DNA of 64,000 nucleotides from an uncultured Gammaproteobacteria bacterium (GTDB lineage: Bacteria > Patescibacteriota > Microgenomatia > UBA1406 > HO2-37-13b). This document shows positions 31,090-40,566 of the stretch, in pieces. Position 1 is the first letter of the stretch. Each line of letters begins with the position of its first letter. Below the pieces are notes generated by a model that worked only from the letters and a program-made list of their open reading frames with translations, did no database searches and was not told the origin of the DNA. The DNA lies in assembly GCA_964413645.1 (NCBI GenBank), contig CAYPSA010000001.1, positions 159,129 to 223,128 of the forward strand. Direction: 5' to 3'. Made by a program: the position numbers and the translations under genes.

Positions 31090-33129
31090 ATGCAACTAAT
31101 TATCGTCGAGTCGCCCACTAAGGCTAAAACATTTGGAAAATTTTTGGACAGCAAAAAATTCCGCGTGGAAGCTACCATGGGCCATATTCGCGATTTACCC
31201 GAAAGCAAGCTCGGTGTAGATACTAAGAATAATTTCAAGCCTGACTATGTAGTCTCAACTAAAAAGAAAAAGGTTGTTACTGATATAAAGGCATTAGCAA
31301 AAAAAGCAGACACTATTATTCTTGCAACGGACGCAGATCGTGAAGGAGAAGCTATTTCATACCACATTGCCTATGTTTTGGGCCTTATCGATGAAAATTG
31401 GCCTAAAATTTCCTTTAAAAAAAATGTAAAAGTAAAGCGCATTGTTTTCCATGAAATTACCCGAGAAGCACTTGAAGAAGCGCTTAAAACACCCGGCGAG
31501 CTTAATATGTCTCTTATCGACTCTCAACAAGCTCGACGCATTCTCGATCGTTTGGTAGGTTACAAGGTTTCTCCAATTCTATGGAAGAAAATTGGCAAAC
31601 GGTGGCTTTCTGCCGGAAGAGTGCAAACGGTTGCGCTCCGCTTCATCGTTGAACGTGAGAAAGAAATCGAGAAATTTACTTCGGAACCGTTCTTTAAAGT
31701 AACCGGATTGTTCTCCGACAAGAGCGTAAAAAAAGAAATTGAGGCTCGGCTTGTTTCCAAAGATGGCATTGCGTACGAGAAAAAATATACTATTCACCTA
31801 TTTGATGGAAATTATACTTACACAAAAACAGATATTTACGAAAAGGACGTTCCGATAATCAAGCAGGACCTTGAAGGAGGTGCTTTTACGATTAATGACG
31901 TGGTTGAAAAAGTCTCGAAACGCTCTCCGTTGCCACCTTTCATTACGTCTACGCTTCAGCAAGAAGCTGCACAGAAACTCGGATACTCTTCTAAGAACAC
32001 CATGAGAGTTGCACAACAACTTTATGAGCATGGGTTAATTACGTATCACCGAACTGACTCGGTCACACTCTCAAGCAAGTTTCTTACAGAGGCGACTTCC
32101 TACATTCAAAAAACGTATGGTGCTGAATATACACTACCAACGCCTCGATCATTTACTGCTAAATCCAAACTTGCCCAAGAGGCCCACGAAGCAATTCGAC
32201 CCACCAAACTCAATCCTACGCTGGTTGAAGAAGGCGCCATAACATCTGGGCATAAAAAACTCTATGACCTTATTTTTAAACGTGCAGTTGCCAGCCAAAT
32301 GAAAGAAGCTCAAATTCGAAACACTAAAATTGAGATCATGAGCGATAAAAAATATCTGTTTCAATCGAATTTTGACACAATTGTCTTTGATGGATTTTTA
32401 GCACTTTATGAGCGAAAAGATGCTAAGGACAATTTTTTGCCAAAAAAAGGTGATGCAATTGATCTAGATAAACTAGATTTTCTAGAAACGCAAACCACGC
32501 CTCCTCCACGTTATAACGAAGCATCTCTCATCAAGACACTCGAGGCGCGAGGTATCGGTCGCCCATCAACTTACGCTCCTACAATCTCAACTATTCAAGA
32601 CAGGCTTTATGTAGAAAAAAGAGAAGGTAGGTTCTATCCTACAATTTTAGGAACGACTGTCTGCGATTATCTTTCTAAGGCTTTTGCCAGCATATTTGAA
32701 ATCGACTTTACTGCTAATTTAGAAAACAAACTTGATGAAATTGCCCATAAAAAGGCAGATATGATTCAGGTATTGTCGGACTTTAATAAGCCATTTGAAA
32801 TATCACTCGATGAAGCAGCTGCTGATAAGTCATTTATTGATGTGCAAGAAAAAACCGATGAGACATGCCCCACTTGTGGTAAAAACTTAGTCGTTCGCTT
32901 TTCTAAATTCGGAAAATTTTACGCATGTTCAGGATTTCCTGATTGTAAATTTACCAAAGCCTTTTATGAAACGGTTAAAGAAGTTTGTCCAAAATGCGCT
33001 GGAGCAATTGTAATTCGCTACACAAAGCGCAAAAAGAAGTTTTATGGATGCTCAAATTACCCCAAATGCGACTTTGCCGCATGGAAACTCAACGAGTTTA
33101 AGAAAGCAGAAGTTCCGTCGACTAATTAA
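31090..33129 (+). CDS. topA: DNA topoisomerase I with two C-terminal C4 zinc ribbons
   Basis: The Toprim N-terminus starts MQLIIVESPTKAKT. The two zinc ribbons are CPTCGKN...CSGFPDC and CPKCAG...CSNYPKC. The upstream ORF extension is derived from the repeat and is discarded. Confidence 0.9.
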   Translation: MQLIIVESPTKAKTFGKFLDSKKFRVEATMGHIRDLPESKLGVDTKNNFKPDYVVSTKKKKVVTDIKALAKKADTIILATDADREGEAISYHIAYVLGLIDENWPKISFKKNVKVKRIVFHEITREALEEALKTPGELNMSLIDSQQARRILDRLVGYKVSPILWKKIGKRWLSAGRVQTVALRFIVEREKEIEKFTSEPFFKVTGLFSDKSVKKEIEARLVSKDGIAYEKKYTIHLFDGNYTYTKTDIYEKDVPIIKQDLEGGAFTINDVVEKVSKRSPLPPFITSTLQQEAAQKLGYSSKNTMRVAQQLYEHGLITYHRTDSVTLSSKFLTEATSYIQKTYGAEYTLPTPRSFTAKSKLAQEAHEAIRPTKLNPTLVEEGAITSGHKKLYDLIFKRAVASQMKEAQIRNTKIEIMSDKKYLFQSNFDTIVFDGFLALYERKDAKDNFLPKKGDAIDLDKLDFLETQTTPPPRYNEASLIKTLEARGIGRPSTYAPTISTIQDRLYVEKREGRFYPTILGTTVCDYLSKAFASIFEIDFTANLENKLDEIAHKKADMIQVLSDFNKPFEISLDEAAADKSFIDVQEKTDETCPTCGKNLVVRFSKFGKFYACSGFPDCKFTKAFYETVKEVCPKCAGAIVIRYTKRKKKFYGCSNYPKCDFAAWKLNEFKKAEVPSTN

Positions 33130-33238
33130 GTAAGTGCCGATATTGAGACTATTTCATAAGCATAATTAGAGAACGCTTTTATACCTATCTAAATCTGCCA
33201 CGCTAGATTAATTAATATACATATGAGATCATTAATAA

Positions 33239-33715
33239 ATGAAAAGTAGCTTGATTAACACTTTTAGATTCTTAATAATCTCAATTTTATATTTGAGTGG
33301 AGTATATTCATGGTTCTTCAATAATTCCCCTTCCACATTTTCGTTACATGTAATAGTTTTCGAGTTAGTGATATTTAGTACGATATTGTTCATCCTGTTT
33401 TTATCGCTAAAAATATCATCGCATGTACAAAGTCCAATACCTGCTTCATCGACTCAAAAAGACTTTCTAATCGCGATTAGTGCGGGTCATAATTTTGTTT
33501 TTGCACTTATGGTATTGTCTACTCAAATGTGGACACCTATTTTACCTTTGTACGTAATTATTGCGTATATTTTTAGTCTAATTTTCATGACACTAATTTA
33601 TAAAAATATGTACACTAATGTAGGAATCGGGGAAGTTACTATTAAAGGGCTTGGTATTTCTGTCATAGTTATGATTATATTTTACCTTTTTTTCTTTGCT
33701 CGCGCTTCTCTCTAA
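33239..33715 (+). CDS. hypothetical polytopic membrane protein
   Basis: Four or five hydrophobic helices and no recognisable motif. Confidence 0.35.
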   Translation: MKSSLINTFRFLIISILYLSGVYSWFFNNSPSTFSLHVIVFELVIFSTILFILFLSLKISSHVQSPIPASSTQKDFLIAISAGHNFVFALMVLSTQMWTPILPLYVIIAYIFSLIFMTLIYKNMYTNVGIGEVTIKGLGISVIVMIIFYLFFFARASL

Positions 33716-33766
33716 AAAATTTGAGATTGTAATTTTGATTATCCCACTGTAGAATGTAATTCCGTA

Positions 33767-35437
33767 GTGAAAAAGAAATATATCTTCGTTTCAGGTGGCG
33801 TCATTTCTGGCCTTGGAAAAGGAATTTCAACCGCCTCTATCGCTCTTTTACTCAAGAATTCTGGTTACAAAGTAACTCCTATTAAATTTGAAAACTATCT
33901 TAATATCGACGCTGGCACTATTAATCCTATCGAGCATGGAGATCCTTTTTTGTGCGACGATGGCACTGAAGCCGATATGGACATGGGAACGTATGAAAAG
34001 TACTTAGATATGAACATGAGTCGGGTAAATTTTATAACGATGGGTCAAATTTACCGAGAAGTTATTGAAAAAGAACGCCGATTTGAATATATGGGGGAAG
34101 ATGTTCAGGAAGTGGTACATATAACAGGAGAAATCATTAAACGTATTGAAACCGCTCTAAGTACTACAAAATCTGACATTGCCGTTATTGAACTTGGAGG
34201 AACGGCAGGGGAATATCAGAATATATTGTATTATGAAGCATCGCGCATGCTTACTTTCCGTAACCCAGGAGATGTTATTCATGTTCACGTCAGCTATTTG
34301 CCCACTCCGCACCATTTGGGCGAACCAAAAACAAAACCCGCACAGCTTTCTGTACGCACTGTAAATTCCATGGGAATTCAACCCGACATGCTTATTGCTC
34401 GTTCCGATAAACCTATCGACGATCGTCGCAAGGAACGTTTGGCTCTTTTTTGTAATATCCACGAAGAAGATGTAATTTCAAGCTACGATGTTCCTAATGT
34501 GTACCAAATTCCTATGATTATGGAAAAACAACATATTACTGAACGTATTTGTAAAAAACTGGGAATTCCCTATAAAAAGCCCAATATGACCAAATGGAAT
34601 GCAATGGTTGAACGCATTCTAGCAAAGAAAAAAAAGAGTATTACGATTGCAATTGTCGGCAAATATTTCTCAACAGGCGATTATCAACTAAAAGATTCGT
34701 ATGCCGCTCTTTTTGATGCTATTGACCATGCTTCCGTTCCAAACGATGTTGCCGTTGAAATCAAATGGGTAAGTGCAGAAAAGATTGAAAAAGAAGGTCC
34801 AGAAAAGTATCTTATCGGAGTTGATGGAATAATTGTTCCTATTGGATGGGGTAAACGTGGTGCGCAAGGCATGATTACCGCTGCGTCCTATGCACGCAAA
34901 CACAAAATTCCATACTTAGGACTATGTTATGGTATGCAGTTGGCTGCTGTAGCGTTCGCCCGCGATGTTCTTAAACTTTCAAGTGCTAATACTTTTGAAA
35001 ATGAGCCAAAAGGCAAACATTCGGTTATTCATTTAATTCCTTCACAAGCCGATATTATTAAACGAAGAGCATATGGTGGAACGATGCGATTAGGTTCATG
35101 GGAAGCAAAAATCGATAAAAGCTCGTACGCCTATAAAATATACAATAAGTATGATGGTCTAACTGACAAGGCGAAAGGCATCATATGGGAACGACATCGC
35201 CATCGCTATGAGTTCAACGATGAATATGCTGATCAATTTGAAAAGGCAGGCATGCACATTAGTGCTCGATCTACCGTAGAGAGTTTGGCTGAGATCATAG
35301 AACTTGATCCCAAAACTCACCCTTTCTACATTGGAATCCAAGGACACCCAGAATATAAGAGCCGTCCGCTCTCGCCACACCCACTTTTTCTGGGTTTTAT
35401 AAAAGCTTGTATTGATAGCCAAAAAATGGTAAAATAA
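33767..35437 (+). CDS. pyrG: CTP synthase
   Basis: MKKKYIFVSGGVISGLGKGI at the N-terminus and a GATase domain with GLCYGMQ. It starts with GTG. Confidence 0.95.
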   Translation: MKKKYIFVSGGVISGLGKGISTASIALLLKNSGYKVTPIKFENYLNIDAGTINPIEHGDPFLCDDGTEADMDMGTYEKYLDMNMSRVNFITMGQIYREVIEKERRFEYMGEDVQEVVHITGEIIKRIETALSTTKSDIAVIELGGTAGEYQNILYYEASRMLTFRNPGDVIHVHVSYLPTPHHLGEPKTKPAQLSVRTVNSMGIQPDMLIARSDKPIDDRRKERLALFCNIHEEDVISSYDVPNVYQIPMIMEKQHITERICKKLGIPYKKPNMTKWNAMVERILAKKKKSITIAIVGKYFSTGDYQLKDSYAALFDAIDHASVPNDVAVEIKWVSAEKIEKEGPEKYLIGVDGIIVPIGWGKRGAQGMITAASYARKHKIPYLGLCYGMQLAAVAFARDVLKLSSANTFENEPKGKHSVIHLIPSQADIIKRRAYGGTMRLGSWEAKIDKSSYAYKIYNKYDGLTDKAKGIIWERHRHRYEFNDEYADQFEKAGMHISARSTVESLAEIIELDPKTHPFYIGIQGHPEYKSRPLSPHPLFLGFIKACIDSQKMVK

Positions 35438-35441
35438 CTCC

Positions 35442-35762
35442 ATGGCAAACGCAATTACGATAAAAGACACCACCTTAGGTATCGGCGACACAGTAAAAGT
35501 TCATTATTCGTTTAATGAAGCCGGAAAGAAAAAACTTCAAATTTTTGAAGGCATTCTGATGGCTATTAAAGGAATGAATGAAAATAAAATGTTTACGGTT
35601 CGAAAAATGACCAAAAGCAAAGTTGGAGTAGAAAGAATTTTCCCTGTAAACTCACCATTTATCGACAAAGTCGATGTAGCAAAAAAAGGTATTGTACGAC
35701 GAGCAAAAATCTATTTTATTCGTGGCATGTCGGACCGACTTATCCGAGAACGCTTAAGTTAA
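35442..35762 (+). CDS. rplS: 50S ribosomal protein L19
   Basis: GDTVKVHY ... RRAKIYFIRG is a bL19 signature. Confidence 0.85.
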   Translation: MANAITIKDTTLGIGDTVKVHYSFNEAGKKKLQIFEGILMAIKGMNENKMFTVRKMTKSKVGVERIFPVNSPFIDKVDVAKKGIVRRAKIYFIRGMSDRLIRERLS

Positions 35763-35766
35763 GCAT

Positions 35767-36120
35767 ATGCAGTCACTTGGCGCTATTGGCGAACAAGAGG
35801 CAGCACGATATCTACAAGAACGCGATTTCCAAATTCTACATACTAATTTTCGTACCAAAATAGGCGAGCTTGATATTGTTGCACAAAAGAAAGAAACGCT
35901 TGTTTTAGTGGAAGTAAAATCGCGAATCGGAGATTTTAGAGGTAAGCCGTATGAGGCGGTAAATAAACGAAAAATTGATCATATTAAGCGAACTGGCTAC
36001 GCGTATCTTTTGGTAAACAAAATTAAGCATGCAACGCTGCGGATTGATGTTGTTTCAATTGAATATAATTCGGATTTAAGCGTCAAGAAGCTGCAACATT
36101 TCGAAAATATAACCCAGTAA
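35767..36120 (+). CDS. yraN: YraN family (UPF0102) endonuclease
   Basis: GEQEAARYLQERDFQIL ... LVLVEVKSR is a UPF0102 signature. Confidence 0.7.
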   Translation: MQSLGAIGEQEAARYLQERDFQILHTNFRTKIGELDIVAQKKETLVLVEVKSRIGDFRGKPYEAVNKRKIDHIKRTGYAYLLVNKIKHATLRIDVVSIEYNSDLSVKKLQHFENITQ

Positions 36121-36192
36121 TGTAAAGCAAAATTAGATTTGTGTTTCAGGCACAAGGTGTAGCAGTTTTGTGGTAAAATATATACGTGACCT

Positions 36193-36266
36193 GGCCCCAT
36201 CGTCTAGTGGCCTAGGACGTCGGGCTTTCATCCCGAAAATCGCGGGTTCGACTCCCGCTGGGGTCA
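36193..36266 (+). tRNA. tRNA-Glu(UUC)
   Basis: Acceptor GGCCCCA/TGGGGTC, D-arm GTC-TAGTGGCCTAG-GAC, anticodon stem TCGGG/CCCGA with loop CTTTCAT, and T-arm GCGGG-TTCGACT-CCCGC. An extended -10 (TGGTAAAAT) lies at 36171-36179. Confidence 0.85.
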
Positions 36267-36417
36267 CAACGTATCACTGAGAAGCACTTAGGCTGCTGAA
36301 TATAGCACGAGCAGACAGTTACTCCTTTTTTCCCCATTCCATTCTTCTGGTAATTACATTACCATGTAGTGCAAATGTATCTTAAAAGATTATTTCGTAC
36401 GAAAGGGGGTGAAAAAT

Positions 36418-37245
36418 ATGAATATTAAAAAAACTTTCGTTGGAAGTATGGCAAGTGCTGGGGCATTTTTTATTGTAGCCGCATCAGTTTTTGCTGCAGG
36501 CACAGTGATGATTTCTGGTAACACTACATCAGTCGAGAATACATCCGGATGGATGTTTGGCCGAGACCCTGGCAACTATACACCGCATGAATTTAACACA
36601 AATCAAGCAAGTATAGGTCAGGGAAGTTTATATGTATTACCAATAGGCACACCTGCTGCTGCTAAATTCATTGGTGAGAATTTTATTAATACAGCAATTG
36701 CCAATGTTAATACAATCTCTTACGACTTTATGATTGGGTCGGGTGGTACTGTCGCCGATGCAAACCATTTTTACATGAATGTATATGCGAATTTTGGCGT
36801 GTCGCCTGATAATAAGTTCTATGATTGTCGATACAATGTTGTGCCGACAACCGGATCTGTATCTGGCTTTACAACAGTAACTTTTGATCCAACACAAGCG
36901 TATCCGGTTGCAAAAAGTGGGTCATCCCCATTTACTACCTGCCCTGCGGTACCAGCAGATATGGATCTACAAAGCGCGGGTTCAAATATACGAGCCTTTG
37001 CCCTTAATGTAGGTGACACATCTGTAAACGATCTGGGTCTTGATGGCTATCTAGACAATGTTGTTGTAAACCTCAATGGAGATGTTACAACATACGATTT
37101 TGAACCAATACTTTCACCCTCAACCAAGGATGATTGTAAGTCTGGTGGATGGATGATATTTAACACTCCTGTCTTCAAGAACCAAGGAGACTGTGTAAGC
37201 TACGTGCAAAGTAGTGAAAAAGCTGTCGGTAATAAATCAAAGTGA
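36418..37245 (+). CDS. secreted hypothetical protein (signal peptide, four Cys)
   Basis: SD-like AAAGGGGG sits 8 nt upstream of the ATG at 36418. The N-terminus MNIKKTFVGSMASAGAFFIVAASVFAAG is hydrophobic. Confidence 0.55.
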   Translation: MNIKKTFVGSMASAGAFFIVAASVFAAGTVMISGNTTSVENTSGWMFGRDPGNYTPHEFNTNQASIGQGSLYVLPIGTPAAAKFIGENFINTAIANVNTISYDFMIGSGGTVADANHFYMNVYANFGVSPDNKFYDCRYNVVPTTGSVSGFTTVTFDPTQAYPVAKSGSSPFTTCPAVPADMDLQSAGSNIRAFALNVGDTSVNDLGLDGYLDNVVVNLNGDVTTYDFEPILSPSTKDDCKSGGWMIFNTPVFKNQGDCVSYVQSSEKAVGNKSK

Positions 37246-37265
37246 TTTTTGCTGCAGTTTAGGCA

Positions 37266-37296
37266 AACAACCCGCCGTAATGGTGGGTTGTTTTAT
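37266..37296 (+). terminator. rho-independent terminator
   Basis: An 11-bp stem aacaacccgcc/ggtgggttgtt with a 5-nt loop, followed by a T-run. Confidence 0.7.
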
Positions 37297-37380
37297 ATAG
37301 TCAACTATAAGCCTTCATATTCTCCTATATTGTTTTACCTTACATATACCTGTATAATAGCGCTACTATCGGTCTAATAA

Positions 37381-38621
37381 ATGTACGTAAAGCAAATAAA
37401 ATTCAACAACAGCAATACGCGGCTCGGACAGGATTTGTCGTAGACATTCAGAAAATCGGAAAGAACACCAAGCTTATCGCAACCCGTCAGGTAAAGAAAC
37501 ACAAAAAGATTCGCCCAGGAGTATGGCTTTCCCGAAAATCACATACGTTTGCAGATGGTAATTTTACCAATATCTACGATCTATATTGGAATTCCAAAAA
37601 TACGAGTGTTTTTCCACACATTCATTCAGCAAACTCTACCTACACGCTCTTCGATCAAGTTACCAATGATCAATCAATTCTAGGAGTAATTAACGGATCG
37701 TACTTTTTCCTAGCCGATATTGCAGATCGGCGACCGCATGACCCAACGCTTAACTTTTGTATTCGTGATTACATCCTTATTGGGCTTCCTTCCAGCGATG
37801 AACCAATCTTATATAATCGAAACGGTAAATTGTATACTCGAAATATACGCGCGCGAGGCATGCTTAAAATTGGAAATATTTCCACTTCCTGGATCGGTGA
37901 AAAAAGCAAATTGCGTAAGAATAACCCATTGGCGGCTGTTTTGTACAATTCAAATTCCGCAACTATGCTCCTTGAGCGCCATCCAGTAACGGGTGTAGCA
38001 ATTGATATTTTAGATAGCGTCAATATAACCACTCCTACTGCCGAACATGCAACCGACTTACTTATTGCACACGATTCAGAAAACAGACTTATTGTTAAAG
38101 GTATTATAAAAGGTGGAGGATCACATTTTTTTGAGGGAGTCTTTACGCTTCAGATTACCGGAAATGCAGATTGTTATAATGTGGGCGATATTGTTGAGCC
38201 GGTAACTCTAGACGGATTAAAAATACATGGTATTACAGCTGGAATTTCCATTGGACGACAAATTGTACAGCCATCAAAAAAAACACATTCCGAGTCATTT
38301 ATCCGACACGCTCGATCAGTTATAGCGAAAGATACTAATAACCAAATTCATTTTATAGTATTCGATGGATCTAAATATATTCCTGGATTTAAGGGAGTAT
38401 CAATTAGCGATATTTACTCATATTTTGCACCAAAAAAGTTCAAATGGGCATATTTTTTAGATGGTGGCGGATCATCGCGAATAATTTTAAAAAAGGATGA
38501 TGCATACAAATTTTACGCGAATGAATTTGCATTTCGAAAAATGGATGATGGAAAACACCTATGGGATTGGCAAAACGCACGACAAATTGCTTCATCGATA
38601 TCGTTACGTATACAGAATTAA
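37381..38621 (+). pseudogene. phosphodiester-glycosidase-like (DUF2233) gene with an apparent -1 frame discontinuity near 37396-37402; intact from 37830 onward
   Basis: The ATG at 37381 follows an extended -10 (TGTATAAT at 37351-37358) and stops after 20 codons. The +2 frame is open from 37311 to 38621 and carries INGSYFF and LDGGGSS, which are family motifs, but has no ATG before 37860. Confidence 0.45.
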
Positions 38622-38631
38622 GACTCATTTT

Positions 38632-38660
38632 TTGACAAGAAGCCCATAGTACGGTATACT
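38632..38660 (+). promoter_or_regulatory. consensus promoter TTGACA-17-TATACT, with the ATG 9 nt downstream
   Basis: TTGACA at 38632-38637, TATACT at 38655-38660, ATG at 38669. Confidence 0.55.
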
Positions 38661-38668
38661 AAGGTTTT

Positions 38669-39325
38669 ATGTTATATCAAGAAGGTTCTATTAGATTTGG
38701 AGGAGACGCAAATCTTGGTCCTTTACGCAAACTTGTTAGCTTGCTGGGAGCGAGTCGAGATAGTCGCGCATTAGAAACTGTTGAGATGCCGTATTTCTCA
38801 GGAGAAGCGATGGGGTGGCTTGTTGAGAATCAATATACCGTTGTATATTTGAACGGAGATACCATAGAAGAAAGTATGAAAAAGGGCCTAGTGGTCGAAC
38901 AAGATTCATTAAGAATTACCAAGGAATTAGCTCATCAGCATGCACGTAGAACACAAGTAGCAATACGTACATCAAATCCATTTATTAAATCAACGGGAGA
39001 TAATACCTACCAAGGACATCTGATGCATTTGGAGCAGTACAATTATTATCTTGCAAGCGAGGTGTCGGGGATACAAGCAGCCCTAGGCTCAGTTGCCGAT
39101 TACGCAGAATTCATACGACAATTACGTGCAGAACGAAACGTCATGTTATTCGGTTCAGAGAACAGTTTTAGATCAACTCAAACTTCTACTATTTTGCAAG
39201 ACGGATCTGTAGCGACTATAGGATGTTATTGCGATGCTTATGGTTTATGCGTCAATTCCAATCCAATGACAGGTACCAGACATGACACATATATAGCGCC
39301 AATAATCGTGCCTACTTCGCGATGA
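38669..39325 (+). CDS. hypothetical protein (218 aa)
   Basis: Long ORF with a strong promoter; no recognisable motif. Confidence 0.45.
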   Translation: MLYQEGSIRFGGDANLGPLRKLVSLLGASRDSRALETVEMPYFSGEAMGWLVENQYTVVYLNGDTIEESMKKGLVVEQDSLRITKELAHQHARRTQVAIRTSNPFIKSTGDNTYQGHLMHLEQYNYYLASEVSGIQAALGSVADYAEFIRQLRAERNVMLFGSENSFRSTQTSTILQDGSVATIGCYCDAYGLCVNSNPMTGTRHDTYIAPIIVPTSR

Positions 39326-39368
39326 TCTTCTTAATCATTTACTTGCGTTTTCACGATATAATATACAT

Positions 39369-39866
39369 ATGACAACCTGGGCTCATGGATTACTCGCATT
39401 TTCTATCTATCGACCATTTAAGAAGCTCAGTTGGAAAAAGGCTGTATGGTGGGCCATGTTTCCTGATTTTATATGGCTCATTCCGCTTGGTATCTACCTT
39501 CTTTTTAATCGAGGAGTATCTATTACCGACCTTTCGCACGCGCCTGGTTTCTTTTACCATTTATACGGAGTAGGACATAGTCTCATTTTAAGTTTCTTAG
39601 TAATAGCACTTGTACGATATAAAACAAAAAAATTCCCTCATGAAATGCTTGCGTGGCCATTTATTCATATACTCATGGATATCCCAGGACACACAAGGTT
39701 TTTAACACCATTTTTATATCCTGTTTCAAAGTTTACTGTTCATGGTTTGTTTGAGTGGTGGCATCCTTTGTGGTTCACGCTTTCATGGCTTGTACCTGTC
39801 GTAATAATTGCTAGTACGTGGGTCTATGAAAAAATGAAGGCGCCAAAGCCTCCAAAGTCGGTATAA
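39369..39866 (+). CDS. hypothetical membrane protein, possibly a YdjM-like membrane-bound hydrolase
   Basis: Four TM helices and His-rich loops. TATAAT lies immediately upstream of the ATG. Confidence 0.35.
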   Translation: MTTWAHGLLAFSIYRPFKKLSWKKAVWWAMFPDFIWLIPLGIYLLFNRGVSITDLSHAPGFFYHLYGVGHSLILSFLVIALVRYKTKKFPHEMLAWPFIHILMDIPGHTRFLTPFLYPVSKFTVHGLFEWWHPLWFTLSWLVPVVIIASTWVYEKMKAPKPPKSV

Positions 39867-39873
39867 TGGGTGC

Positions 39874-40551
39874 ATGATTACCGTGTTGTATGGAGAAAAT
39901 AATGCAGATTCACGGAATAAGTTTGTTGCTTTACGACAAGACTACATAGCGAAAGACTTTGAAATTATTGAGCTAACTCCCGAAGTTCTTCCTGAACTAG
40001 ATAAATGGCTATTTGATACACAACTGCTATTTGCTCCAAAAAGAGCGTTTTTCGGACAGAATTTACTAAGTAAAAAAGAACAACGAGAAATTTTAAAAAA
40101 ATATGACAATTCCAGTGTAGAAGCACACTTCGTCCTTTGGGAGGAAAGTATTGATGATAAAACTGCTAAGTATGCTTTTACTAACGCTCAATTAGTTCCA
40201 TTTAAATATCCGCAAAATATTTTTCAGCTGCTTGACGGTTTGTATCCTGGAAATAAGGAGGCCTCACTCTCACTCTTGTCGAGTGTATCTGCATCAGTCG
40301 ATGAAAACATAATCTACTTTATGCTTGTTAAGCGTGCTCGGGAGTTGTTGCTTCTCAAAGAGAATCAAGAAATTCCAAAGCTAGCTGGCTGGCAAAAAAC
40401 ACGACTTGTAAATCAAGCTAATAAATGGCCTCTTGAAAAATTATGTAATTTCTACGATGCACTGTATAGAATTGAAGTACTTAATAAAACAAGTGGCAAA
40501 GCGTATTCGCTTAAAAAAGCCCTTGATATTTTGTTTATATATTCGCTATGA
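39874..40551 (+). CDS. holA: DNA polymerase III delta subunit-like protein (short)
   Basis: MITVLYGENNADSR resembles the (L/I)LYGEE start of HolA, and the fold is helical; this is a weak call. Confidence 0.4.
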   Translation: MITVLYGENNADSRNKFVALRQDYIAKDFEIIELTPEVLPELDKWLFDTQLLFAPKRAFFGQNLLSKKEQREILKKYDNSSVEAHFVLWEESIDDKTAKYAFTNAQLVPFKYPQNIFQLLDGLYPGNKEASLSLLSSVSASVDENIIYFMLVKRARELLLLKENQEIPKLAGWQKTRLVNQANKWPLEKLCNFYDALYRIEVLNKTSGKAYSLKKALDILFIYSL

Positions 40552-40566
40552 TAGTGGTTATCGCTT

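Noticed and set aside
37720-37989. 89-aa ORF overlapping the phosphodiester-glycosidase-like gene in another frame
   Set aside because: It has no motif. The overlapping frame carries the conserved family residues instead.
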